From contig NW_005434589.1 in NCBI RefSeq assembly GCF_000315625.1, forward strand, positions 137,330 to 201,329: 64,000 nucleotides of DNA. Reading direction: 5' to 3'. This DNA is from Guillardia theta CCMP2712. Taxonomy: Eukaryota > Protista > Cryptophyta. The first letter of the stretch is position 1; each line of letters starts with the position of its first letter. Of this stretch, positions 51,201 through 63,595 are shown in pieces. The notes beneath the pieces were generated by a model. The model did not search any database, was not told the origin of the DNA, and worked only from the letters and a program-made list of their open reading frames with translations. The translations under genes were made by a program, and so were the position numbers.

Positions 51201-54200
51201 TGGTAACGACTCGTGTTGTTTGACCATTGAGGCAGTAAGCAGGATAAAAAGTCTGATGGTGAATCAGGGCTCCCGATGGATCCACGGTCTCTAACATGTA
51301 CATGCCATGCGCACCAGATATCTTCTTGTTCCGGAAACTGTGTAGGCCGTCAGTAGCCTTTCCTATGTCAAAGAAGGTGATCGGGGTGTCCGGGGGAACG
51401 GAGGTACCAAGCACGGTGGACAGAACCACCTTACCATTACTGACGTTGGCATTAAACGAGAAGTTCTGGAAGGTTCCATTGCAAGAATCTCGATCGGACA
51501 CCCGGAGAGCGGACAAGGTAGATTGAAGAGCCACGCTGCTCGACAAATTGGTGCAGCGGAAGATGGCGAGCGAAGCGTTCACTGTGCTCGTGACAAGTTG
51601 AAGATCTGCCGATGAGAAAGTGAACCTGAGGGTGGACCCAGAAACAATCTCATTGGTTGTCTTGAGGCTCAGGTAAGTGAAGTGAGTTCGAGCTCCAGGA
51701 TACTCGCTGCTCAATGGGCTTCCCGGTTGCTTAAGCGGGCAGAGCAAGGGAGCTGGATCGGTTTGAGTACTCCAGGAGGTGTCAAGCCATTCGAACTCTG
51801 ATGCTGTCACATTGAAGTCCATCATTGACCCGGTCTCAATGGCATACCCTTCGGATGTCACCGTGGCCAACTCGAAGTTATATCTCAACGTCATGTCGAG
51901 GGTGGCGTTCGGACCTTCCTCCTGAGGGAATCCCTTGTTCGAGAAATTGTACAACCTCAGACGAACGATTGATCCTGCTGCGATGTCCAACCCACTTCCA
52001 CTCCTTTGCAGCGTCAAGTTGAAGTACGCGTTGACTGTCCGGTTGAGGACTACAGACGTAAGATCCTTCACCACAGTAAGATTCTCATCGCATCCCTCCA
52101 CGCACTCAGCAACGCTCGTACATCCCCACAGGGGCCCTCCGTTGCAAACAGGAGTGACAGCATCGTACACGGATGGAAAACTGAAGGCAAACTGGCCGTC
52201 CTTGGGGATCAGTTGATGATTTCTAATCACGATATCCGCATATCTGTGGTTATGTACAGTACTCAGAGTAGCTCCGAACCGCGCTGCGGTGTCGAGGGGG
52301 AAGATTGAACTGTTCAAGGAGTTGACAGATGCCAACAATCCAGAAGCGAACGCCGTCTTGATGAGTCTGCCGTCCGACCTTCGAGAAGCTGTGATCTGAA
52401 TGGAATCACTCCATCCTGACAGCAGGGGAGACCTCAGTGAAGACCCTTGTAGTGTGAAGCGAATTGAAGCAAGGCTGTTCACAGGCAGCTGCAAGTTGAC
52501 TTGGTTGGCAGTGCTTGATGTAAGAGTGACACTGGGAGAGTCCTTGACAGTGATCGATTCAACGCCCAAGAAACCTCTCGAGCCAGAAGGGAAACTCAAT
52601 TTCAAGTTCTGGCCCGGAACGTTTGGGTCGAGGAAGACTTCAAAGCTGAGATCTGCGTTTTCTCCGACAGCAGCCTCCCTGCCTCCGTAGGTGAAGTTGA
52701 GGACTGCCGAGTCCAAGGAAGGCAAGATGGTGCCGAGACTGTTTGCACTCTGCCTCTGCATTACATGGGTGGTAGTCGAATAACAGATCTCGACGGTAAA
52801 ATCGAAACTGCCTCCCACCCTCGCGCTCTTATATCCCCCAACAGAGAAGGCAACCCTGGAGTGCGCTGGGATGGAAGTGACTGAATTCAGCTCAAAAGTG
52901 CAATTAGTGTCATTCCGAAGAGGAGGAGCCTGTGTGTTGTTGGTACAGTTGATCTGGAACTGGTCTTCTGAAGGAGAGAGTTTCAAGACAGTAACTGTTC
53001 CCAATTTAAAGTTTATTTGGAAGCTTGACCCTGATTCAAACAAAACCGACCCTTGGGTTTCGGCTTCGCCCGACAGGATTGAACCAGCTGGCGTAATCCA
53101 GAGCAACTTTGATCCTTCCACTCCTCTTAAAGCGTCATTGTTGGCTAGCACAGTCGTGTTGACAGATTGAATGGCAACAGAACTCAGTTTCGTTCCAAAC
53201 ATCTCAAGAGATGATACCCTGACACTATCCTGCAAGTTCCATTGCGAGAAGAGGGTGAAGGCAAAAGTAAAGGTAGACTGTTCATCAGTATGCACAGCAG
53301 TCTGACCGGATGAAACCTGCTGCAAGGGTACAGCTTTGATACTCAAACCGAAGACAGCCGCTGTCTGCTGACCTTGATCAGTCTCAATTGACACGTTGAC
53401 GGGAAGAGGCGAGCTTTCCTCGTAAGTTGGATTTTGTACGCCAGAGATCAAGATTCGCACATCAGCACGTGCGGCAGTTGAGTTGACAGTGCCGATGTCA
53501 ACAGTCAAGGAAGTTTGGGTGACGTTTGATAGTACAGCAGTGTGAACTTTGATCGAGTCCACGCGCAGCTCGATTATCCTTGGATCTATCCACTCGTAGA
53601 TTTCAGGAAGCTGCAGAAACACTTTGGTGCTGTTGGTATTTACATTGAAGGGTGAAATGAAAGTGAGAGAGAAATTGCTCTGGGAGTATGTCAGTTTGGG
53701 GCTGACAGTGCTCCATGAGCCTGTTTGGAAGTCTGCAGGCAGTTGGAGTCCTCCAACAGGTGTGAAAGCAGTGCACAATGATCCGTACACTCTCAGTGAG
53801 TTACTCAAAGTTTGCAAGTATGCTCTTGGAGGGTACTGGGGGTTGACAACGGGATTGCGAATTCCAGTCAAAGTGAAGGTGATTGACCCGCCACTCGCAA
53901 TAGGTGCAAGAGGCTTGAACAAAAGTCCTGGCAACTTTGAACCAGTATCCCAACCATCTTGATTGTTACATTGTACAGTCTGAACTGATGAATCTGAAAC
54001 CGTCCCAAAGTGATAACCAACATATTCCAGCACTCCCATAGTCACGCTGAAGTCGGATCCAATTGAGTACTTTGCAGCGTCTCTGAAGCTGTCACAATCT
54101 TCGTCATGACAAGAGATGAATGGAGATAAGAAAAGCCCGATCCTATCCTCCGTGCTAAGATCGTTACACATCGTCATCGTGACAGTGACAAGTGTTTGCG

Positions 54201-57200
54201 AGCCCAACCCCGGTGCAGACAGCACGACCTGAGCTGAATTCAGGCAGGGTGACAAATCGTAGACACTGACTGCATCTTGTTCATAGATCTCCAACCCTCG
54301 GTCCGTTGATGCAACATGTTGGACTGTGACACTCTGGATTTGTCCAGCAGTTTTGCGAGTATCCAATGGTGAGATTTGGAAAGTGAGGTACGAATCCTCT
54401 TCAGCAATCTTGCCAATTGCTTCATGTAAGACGGACCATCGTTGCCTCTTGATTTCCAATAAATTTGTTCCTGTCTTGTGAACATCTAGAACAGTGAAAG
54501 GGCAAGTATAGTTCCAAGATGCTCCTGGACAATAATCGATGTAATCATAAGGCTCCTTGCAAGCAAATTCCACCTTTGTGTCGCTCCTTACAATAAGATC
54601 AGGACCGAAATCAATCACAATTCTAGAATCGGGAGGAACCATTGGTTGATTTACTTGCAGCTTGATGGTAACATTCACCTCTTGGTCGGCGATAGGCGCT
54701 TCATTGTTCAAAGCTGTGATGTCCATCTTGATCGACTTGAAATGCGCAGTTGTCAACTGCACACTGAAAATCCCCTTGTCCATCGTGATGTTTGATTGCG
54801 ATGCAAGAGAATCTACAACCCAAGATCCTGAATCTCCAGCTGATCCATTCCTGTTTTGAATTTCAGCCAAGCGAAAGGATACTCTGCCTTGGCAAGTCGT
54901 CATCGATAGTCCTTTTCGTTGTAGCAACACATAGCTCGAGTTGCTATCAATCAGAGCAAGTTCATCATCGACATTCGAATCATCACAGTGTAACTGAGTG
55001 GAGGTTTCAGTAGGTGAAAAATGAAAGTATGGAGGATACATGATCCTGATCATATCATACGGATAAAAAACATTGAAAAGATCAAAATGGATTTGAAAAG
55101 AGGTCATTGCATAGGCGTTGCTGTCATTGAGCTGAATTAATGGATTCCTTAAGAGTGCAGGTTCCAAGAAAAATCCATCATACTGAGAAGCCTCAAGAAA
55201 TTTCGAAGGGCTCAAGAAGGTTCTCAGCACGAAGGTTCCTGTCAACCCACTGACTCTAGGATTGTATGCACGTTCCAATTGAAATTCAATCCTAGACCCC
55301 ACCGACAAAGGCTTGGATGGAACAGTAGCGTTGTCCCAGTAGGAATCGCGGATAACCTCTGAGCAGTTCGCAATAATGCTTGCAGTACACAGTCGAAGAC
55401 ACTGCTGAGCCTCCATGTGCATACAGTTCTTCAGCCTCAGCAAAGGCGGGTGCCAGGTCTCATTCATTACACGATCAACAAGCATCATCTCCAGCGAATT
55501 CCCCAAGACCTGCAACTTGAGACTTCCGCTGATGCCAGTTAGAGCATAGTCGGAATAGGAGTATATCTTTTTGTACTCCAGAGAAAAATTTCCCATGAGC
55601 ATGCGGGAGGTTTCGTTCCAATAAAAACTCACATTGCAAAGGTTCTGACTGCAAAGTCGATCGTCCACCTCTGTAAGATTCTGCTTCCTGATCACGTTGG
55701 CAGACATGAAGTTGAAGCCATTTGGAAAATCAAGTTGAATTCCACCATAAGCTGGAACTTCTTTGTTGCAAACAAAGCTGATCTTCCACGTGGACTCTGC
55801 TCCGCTCACAAGAGGGGTAAGACTCATTTCAATTTGTTGTACCTGCACAGCTTGCAGAACACCATCAAGATACGTTCCAGCTTGAATTGCTGGTAGAGGT
55901 TTAGAATCACCAGTGCGGGTTGTTACATTCAAAATTCTGTCTACAGTATAATAAGGGGAAACAACACCGACAATCACGAGTGAGTACTGGATTCCCTTCA
56001 CCAAAGACACTCCAGTCAGGTCTACTGAAACGAAGGATTGATTGAAGGAGGAAATGCGACTCCCCTCAAGATAAGCGACAGCATTCTGCGAAAATTGAAA
56101 TTCTGGCGTCAAACTGATATCCATAGATGACATAGCTTTTGACAAGGCGATGCTGATCGTAAAGGTCACAGTCAAATTTCCGATCCTATCAGTTGTCTGG
56201 GGAAACGAAGCCTTCAAGCTTTGCAAACCGGAGGGGACAAGATTTTGAGCAGGTTTGCCTGCACCAATGTCCAACATACGGATGCTAGATCCTATCATTT
56301 CCTTCGTCTCAATTGAAATGCTGTTCATGAACTTCCCCGCATAAAGCCGATTACGAAAGCCGCCTACCTCCAAAGAAATCTCACTTGTCGCATCAATTTG
56401 CTGGAGGATACAAACTTCAACAAGGATATACATAGGGTCGGGTTGTAACGATGGGCTGCAATCCTGGAATTGAGAATTGGATGGAATCATTATGCTTAGC
56501 GTAGGCTTCTCATTCACAAGCGTCAAGTCACTAGTGGGAAAGCGCAAACTGATTCTACTCATGTTGTTTGCCAAGAGGTTGTTGATCTGAAATGAGATGG
56601 TCACGCTCACATTTTCCTTTCCAGTCTCATAGGAGCTTAGTCCAATGTTCAAATTCCTAACATAATTTGGTTGCAGTGGAACTGAATTGCTGATGCCGTA
56701 ATCTAATGTAAAGTTGTTTTCATTCCAGCTCTCCACTTGTACAGCACCAGATGAAAATTGTGAAGGAGTAAAAACGTTGGTGATATTCAAAGTGACATCC
56801 TGATTGCGATCAATTGAGTTTTGAATGTTGCGTAGCAAAATGCTTGATTCTGTTGGCAATAGGTATGATGTACCAATGACATCGATTCGAGCATTAGCAC
56901 TTCTGACATCGGTGACCGTTCCGGATATCGTTGATGAGGGACGGATGTTGAAATTAGAGGGAAACCGAACTCGAATGCTACCGCCTTTTGGAATACTTGT
57001 GACAGTCTTAAAAGTCACATTCGCAAAGGTTAGCTCCGAAGAAAGGGGTGAAGCTACCGACATGTTGACTCTTGAGAATTCGTTCGTTGTGAGATTTATA
57101 GCAGTTTTCCCAGTTCTGCTGAACCAGTAATGTGTTGTCTGGTTTAATTGAGGGTCATTGATACGATTGTTGTAGAATTTCATCTTGTAGCTGGGAACTT

Positions 57201-58008
57201 TCGTGGTTCCACGAAGCTCATCGGTTGCATCAAAAATCTGGATTCCAAATTGAACTTTCCTTTCTTGGAGAGCTCCTGGAAGTTCACCAGGAGTATAGAG
57301 AGGGTTGACGATTCCTGATATTGAGAAGCGAATCCTTTGAATCGTTCCCCTCGCAACGGAAGATTGCACCTCAAGGTCTGTGTTGGCATAGCTCGTCATC
57401 TCAAACATGTTGGTGCAAGGAGGGCTGCTACAAGGGTCGGAGGAACCAAACGATGTTCCAACATCTGTCGTATCCGTCACTGCCGGCTCAATCGTCAACG
57501 ACCCCTTAGAAATTGGAGTGTTCTTGAAGAACCCTGCTTGGCTGGTGATACCATCCAGACCCGTCACGCCCTCTCCAAACTTTCCTCCACCTTCTATATT
57601 TACAACCGAGTCGGATATATTGAAAGTACTTGGAAATATCACCCTGATGATGGTGTACTTGAGCTGGGTGTTACTATGAAAGATGGCTGGACTGATGCCA
57701 GCTGCACTGTAGATCGGATACAGATCGATTGACACGCTCGCGCTCACCAGGTTACCGAGGCCCAGCCTCGAAAGGGTGATATTGGCGTCTACAGGCAGGA
57801 CGCAGTCACCGGCAGGACATTGATCGGTATGAGTAAGGTTGTAGTTCATGGTCTGAGCTGAGGTCATAGGCAGGAAGACGGAGGCTGCGGAAAGGATCAA
57901 GATCGAGGAAAGACGTGTCAAAAAGAAACCCTTACCGAGGAAGAGGAGGAGAGCGGAGAAGGGAAGGCCATGGCAGGAGGGTGAGAGAGTTCTAGCAGGA
58001 GGTCTCAT
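24201..58008 (-). CDS. Giant (about 11,100 aa) secreted multidomain protein: beta-sandwich repeats, EGF, IPT/TIG, FN3, EPTP/EAR, REJ, GPS, LysM x2
   Basis: ORFs 47053-58008, 37958-46888, 28781-37957 and 24413-28762 join in frame through GT-AG introns at 47025-47074, 37911-37961 and 28763-28810. Further in-frame introns are likely at 57885-57935, 27079-27129 and 24437-24547. Removing the first intron leaves a clean signal peptide. The final ~70 codons need a 1-nt correction near 24416. Confidence 0.88.
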
Positions 58009-58280
58009 GTCGGTATCTCCACGTGTCTCAAACTATCGCTGCTGCTCTTGGCACTGCCATGCGCTCCTGCCTCTTTCCACCAAGAGCCATTCCCTTGTCA
58101 TCCGGCGCCCAAGCGGCAGCGCTCCACAGCTCCAGTAAGTACAAAGATTATAAAACTAGTATTAAAGTCTCTTTTATAAAAACATTTGAGGAAAGCCGGT
58201 AGTACTGAGAGTAGTACTGGAATGAAAGTTGAGTGAGTTAAGAATGTTTTATAAAGCGACCTAGGGTACAAAAGTTTGAT

Positions 58281-60931
58281 TCACAAAACAGTTTTATCAT
58301 CTGTAGCAGTGATGTCACGGCCTTGCCTCCCGCCCCCCCGCGGTGTGACAGTGGCGTGGTGCGGCGCAGCCTGTGCACTCAGTGCAACTGCTCGGCGAGA
58401 GTGTCGGGAGTCCGATCCACGCCTCCATGTCCCCGCGGTCACAGGCTTGATTTTCAGATCTGGCATACGACAGCCGAGTGCCATGTTTTATTGTACTGCA
58501 GCTTGATGACATCATGCCACCTGGAGGAGGCCCCCGTCAGATGTGACTGCCGAACACAGAGCTCTGTCAAGGTGACCTTCCCATTCTTGTGTCGTACACC
58601 TTGAAGTGTACGAGTGAAATTCACAACAAACCTCTCAACAAAGTCACCTCTACAGCTTGAGAAGAAATTCCCGAGAAGTCGCATCCCCCCATGGCATACA
58701 AGAAATGACCTGAACCTGCACATGCATGGGAATACCGTCCAGTCCTCATCGGCTCTTCTTTCCTCCATTTCCCCTCCCTAAAAGGCGAGGCCAATCAGAC
58801 CAGACTCATGCTGTCTGTGACAGAATGAGGGGTCACCTCGGATCAAGGGATTCTACTTCAAACAGCGCTGCTGCATCAGGGCTCAACGTCTCCTCGTAAA
58901 CGCCTCTCATTTCATCCCAGACTTTGGCGACATGGTTTCCTAAACTTCAGACTCAATCCGTCAGCTCTCCACAATAGTCTGGATTTTGGTCATTACCCGC
59001 CGACTGCATAGATCCTCTTTGTCTCGGGGACGACTGCGACGGCATGGCAGTACCTTTCCCGAAGAAGCTTCGGCCCCTCGATCCACGATCCCTTCAAAGG
59101 TTGAATGTAAGGCAATCAGCAGCTTCTGAAGACACGAGTCACCCTTCCAAGATCCAACAACTCACAAGAGTCGAGCAAATATTGGCTGCTGCAACCTCCA
59201 ACAGCATAAATTCGATCTTGACACACCGCAGCTCCAAAGCTGGAACGCTCTGTGATCATCGAGGGCTCGGGTCGCCAGCTCTCCCCCACACCAGCCTCCG
59301 ACACACTCAAACTTTCACACGAGTTCATCAGTAGCATTCCATCGAATCCGCCGATAGCGAAGACCCGGGACTGGTACCCGCACGCTGCTAAGCTTACTCT
59401 AATAGACGACATGTTTGGCTAGATTCAATCGTCACGGAGATTGATGATCCACTAGATATTACATACCCCAATTACCCAATCATTTGATCTTTGAGGCGAA
59501 ATGGAGAGATACTCAACCGTCCTGAGTTTCGAGCACTTTTTCTGCGCAGAACGTGACCAAACAGACTGAAGTGCAGAATAAGCTTTACAGTCGGCAGCGT
59601 TTCATCGTTGTCGATTCCTCCAACAGCAAACAGCTTTAAACAAGAGTAAGTAAGTTTGCGAATGCGTATTTAAAGGCAATATTGCCTTTCCACATTCATA
59701 TGCGAGCCCAAAGGAGGCTCTTGGTGAAATCATATCTGGGACTCCCTTCCACTCCCTTATCTGCCTGGAACGTCTTCACGTCTAGCACAAGTCAAGCAGA
59801 GCACGGAATACGATGGATCGTCGCTAGGGGTGAGCCTTTCACCGTGTTCATATACAGCATATCCAGGATAGGGACCAGAGTATCCTCCCATGACCAGGAG
59901 CGAGTCCCCAGCAGTATCCTCCTGCTCTCCCTCATCCAAGCGGAGAAGATGTTCCAGTTTGGACCATTTGCCATATCGTCGGCCATACTCTTCACGGTAA
60001 TACTTGCTATAAACATGCTCGTACAACCCCTTCAGATCTCCATCTTGGCAGAACAACGTTTCCTCCGAATCTACGGAATGTTAGAAGTCCATCTGATTCG
60101 CGAGTTGAGTGAGAGAAAAAGATTAGCACCCAATTCTTCCTTCGACAACCCTTCCTGGGACGGTCCTTCTTCATACCACATTTTTTCTTCCTGGTCAATG
60201 CAAGAATTTGTACAAGGTGAGTAGAGGAAGCATGTATAATACAGAGAGCAGAGTTTACATCGGCCCCGGATATTTCATCGTGTAAAATGTCCAGCTCAAC
60301 TTCCGAACCCTGACAAGTTAACAGTTCACCATGTGAGTGTGATGACATCATTATTCACAAAGAACCTCTTCATCGCTCGATCCGTCTTGCTTCGCTGAAA
60401 GGCAAAAGTCAGACTCAAAGTTTGGCTCCGACGCCCAACCTTTTCTAGAGCTTTGTCTCCCTGGGCCCTTCTTGCCCTTGCCCTTGCCCTTGCCCTTGCC
60501 CTTGCCCTTGCGTTTTACATTCATCTGTTAAGGTATCCAAAACAATCTCACAATCTTGCAGCAATCTTGGTCCAGGGGAAGGCTTACCTTTTGAAAATCG
60601 GAAATCAGCATCTTGGCTTCCAGAATGTCCGGATCCTGCATCATTTCGTCCTAATTGAACATATTCGATCTCAATGGATGCATTCATTGTTAATTTGACT
60701 ATCAACCTCAACAGAGTCGATTTCATCTTCAAGCTCTCCATCATCACTGATGTCCTGGAGGTCACTAGATCCTCCTCGCAATGCGCTGATTTTGGTGGAG
60801 TCCGTTCCAGACACAGCCAGATTACATCTCCGATGAAGAAACGGCACGTCATGTTTAAGTCCCGTCTCAGTGGAGGGCACGAATACCAGGGAACAGCATA
60901 GACTAAGGAAAACAACTTCTTGTCGAACCAT
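58281..60931 (-). CDS. Kelch-repeat (beta-propeller) protein; multi-exon, both ends uncertain
   Basis: Kelch blades LLVMGGYSG...W..VPDMISPRASFG, LFAVGGID, VFAIGGFDG...SCE...WRPEPSMITERSSFGAAV, IYAVGG...DSCE, WIEGPKLLRERYCHAVAV, IYAVGG. Confidence 0.85.
60470..60511. repeat. (GCCCTT)n hexamer repeat within the Kelch gene
   Basis: cttgcc repeated about 7 times. It would encode a KG, QG or AR dipeptide run depending on frame. Confidence 0.85.
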
Positions 60932-61377
60932 CAGGTTGTTGTTCTCCCCAATTTCACCGACCCATCATCGCGTCTTGCACCTTTGAAACATTGCAAGAAA
61001 GAGATAGAGATCTTTCCTTCCCGTTATGCTCAGCTCTTCCTCCTTGATTTTCCCCTCTCCTTCCCTTGGCTTCGTCGTCCTGCATCTGACGAGAACATGC
61101 TTTTCGTACGCGACGCATCTTGGATCTCCAGACCCGGCCCGCCTGCTTACATTTCAGCCATAATTTTCAAGACGTCTTTTATTTTTCAAAAATAGCCATG
61201 AAATGCATGCATTGCCGATGAAAATCTGAATTTCCTAGTACCCAGTCCTAGCTCTATAGGAGTATATACTAGGACAATTCTTCAACTACCCCCCATTTAG
61301 ACCCCACCCTACCCCGTGAACGAGTGTTTATTTTTTCCCGCACGAGAGCCGATCTGAAAGCGCTCGCTCAGCTCAGC

Positions 61378-62073
61378 ATGCCGTCGGTGTATGTGAGGAC
61401 GCTCAGCAGCGTCGCTGAGGCCAGCAAGACAGGATCCGTCAAGGACCTCAAGAACTTCCTCGAGGAGACTCAAGGTCAGACCAGTCCGATGTCATCGTGA
61501 ACTTTGCGATGGTGGTGGGAGCGGATGGTGCTGCAATGTTGCATGTAGGCATGGAGGGTTGGTAGAGGGCGGCAGGAGTCGTAGAGATGTATGTAAACGC
61601 CAAGTCTGATGTAAGGTTGTGCAGGAATCCCCGCTGATGAGCAGCGTATCTCCTACTGCGGTCACATCTTCGAGGATGACGAGCTCCTCGAAGAGCTCGA
61701 GGACAAGATCACCCTCGACATGACCCTGGATCTTGAAGGAGGTGGCAAGAAGAGGAAGAAGAAGACCTACACCAAGCCCAAGAAGATCAAGGCCAAGCAC
61801 AAGAAGGTCAAGCTCGCTGTCCTCAAGTACTACCGTGTGGATCAGTCTGGCAAGGTTGAGAGGCTTCGCAACGAGTGCACCAAGCAATGCGGTGCTGGAA
61901 CCTTCATGTCCAACCACTTCAACCGTCACTACTGCGGAAAGTGCCACTTCACCCTCATGTTGGTCAACCCTGGACGCGACCCTGCCCTCGACAAGAAGAA
62001 GGACGCTCCCAAGGAAGATGCCGCTGCCGCTGCTGCTGCTGCTGCTCCCGCCAAGGGCAAGAAGAAAAAGTAA
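61378..62073 (+). CDS. RPS27A: 40S ribosomal protein S27a/eS31 fused to a divergent ubiquitin-like domain; intron 61475-61624
   Basis: GG|[33 protein letters not shown]...RLRNEC...[19 protein letters not shown] is eS31 with its C4 zinc finger. Upstream exons give [10 protein letters not shown]...[33 protein letters not shown]...[10 protein letters not shown]. Confidence 0.96.
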
Positions 62074-62223
62074 ACGGCTCCGCTGTGAATGTTGTCGGCT
62101 TGTATTGATTTCAATAAAGTTTGATCTGGTCCATTCGTTGTGTGGTTAAATGTCTTCATTCAGTTTGTACATCATTTCGAGAAAATTTTGGAACACATGG
62201 AAGTATAGATGTGACCATGAGAA

Positions 62224-63595
62224 CTACCACTCAGCAGCAAAGATGTCTACAATGGCTTCTGTCTCTTCTTCGGCGGGCAACTTCTTCACCACCTGCGGCA
62301 CCTTTGTTTCCACATTCGCAGGAAGTATATCTGCCTTCGTTCCAGTAGGGAAGGAGGGTACACCATTCCGCTTGCTCGCAAGCTCTCTTACCAGCCGTTC
62401 GATCTCGCCCACATCAGATGTCAGAGCAATCTTCTGCCGCATTTCGGGATTCTCGTTCAGCCCTCCCTCTACTGTAGAGAGAAGTTTGAACACATGAGCC
62501 TTAACAAACCCGGCTGGAGCTGGGAACTCCCGCTCCAGCTCGAAGTACTCGAGAGCCATCCGGAAGGCGCAGACCTTCTCTCCATTGTTGAATAGTGCTG
62601 GGTTGCGCCTGAGCCATTCCGCCGACATGACAGCAGCGCAGCCAGTCTCGTCCAGGCAGTCTACCACGTCCTCGAAGGTGACTATGTTGCCGTTGGAGAC
62701 GACGGGGATAGAAACGTGCTCCCTGATCTTCTTGATCAGGCTCCAATCAGCAGGCACAGCGTCCGGTCCCTTGTTCTCCCTTGTTCTCCCGTGAACAGTC
62801 AAAATCTGAGCTCCTGCATCTTGCAGACACTTGGCGTACTGCAATGTCTTGTCGTGGTCATCGAAGACTCTGATCTTTGCAGTGACCGGAATGTCAAGGC
62901 CTCTGTGCAACTCATTCACCAGGGAGAAGACAAGATCGAAGTCTTCCATCAGGAAGGACCCGTAATTCCCTTTCTTCGCTATACCTTGAGGGCAGCCCAG
63001 GTTGAGATCTACGGCATCGCATCGATGCTGCACTAGTCGTGCTGCTGCCAAGAAGGTTTCCGGATGATTCGCACAGAACTGGACGAACAAGGGCCGGTCC
63101 TCTGGTTTCCCATCATCCTCACCAAACTGATCATTCCTGTATTGCACGTTTTCCAGGAAGAGCCTTGCATGGAACATAGGAGTGTAACTGCAGGTCACGT
63201 CAGGAACGATCTTGGAGCATGACATCTCTTTACCACAAGGTTGTTCCGTATCTCCTGCAAAGATGACGGAATGCAAGCTCTGACTGCTCCACCATGGGTG
63301 CACAAACATACTTGGGAGCTCCTATCGAGTTCCAAAAATACCAACCTTGCAGCTTGGCGATTGGGCGAGGAATGCTGGGGTTTGCAGCTGTATCCACGAC
63401 AGCATATTTCGCGTCCCTTCCTCCAACTCTGCCGGAAATCAAAGCAACACCCACAGGTGGACCGAGAGGGTCCTTGGGTTGCAGCTCCTCTCCTTCACCC
63501 TGGCAGGCTCGGTCACCGATTCCGAGCTCAAGCAAGCGAGGGGTCATACCTTCTTCGAGGAGCTTCTCTTCTTCCTGTATGGCATCGCACGTCAC
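62224..63595 (-). CDS. DUS1: tRNA-dihydrouridine synthase, DUS1-like; 5' end uncertain
   Basis: FWNSIGAPKYVCAPMVEQSELAFRHLCRRY, YTPMFHARLF, DRPLFVQFCAN, DAVDLNLGCPQGIAKKGNYGSFLME, LTVHGRTRE, IPVVSNGNI. One short intron lies between TTLC and YTPM. Confidence 0.95.

Noticed and set aside
25400-57750. Numerous plus-strand ORFs of 60-200 aa
   Set aside because: Antisense shadows of a long coding sequence with no recognisable motifs.
24413-58008. Four independent giant genes or an endogenous giant-virus/prokaryotic operon
   Set aside because: The breaks are canonical short introns that restore frame, only the first ORF has a signal peptide, and no viral or mobile hallmark genes are present.
61475-61624. 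Possible intronic snoRNA in the longer-than-usual RPS27A intron
   Set aside because: No clear C box (RTGATGA). The CTGA near the 3' end is better explained as the branch point.
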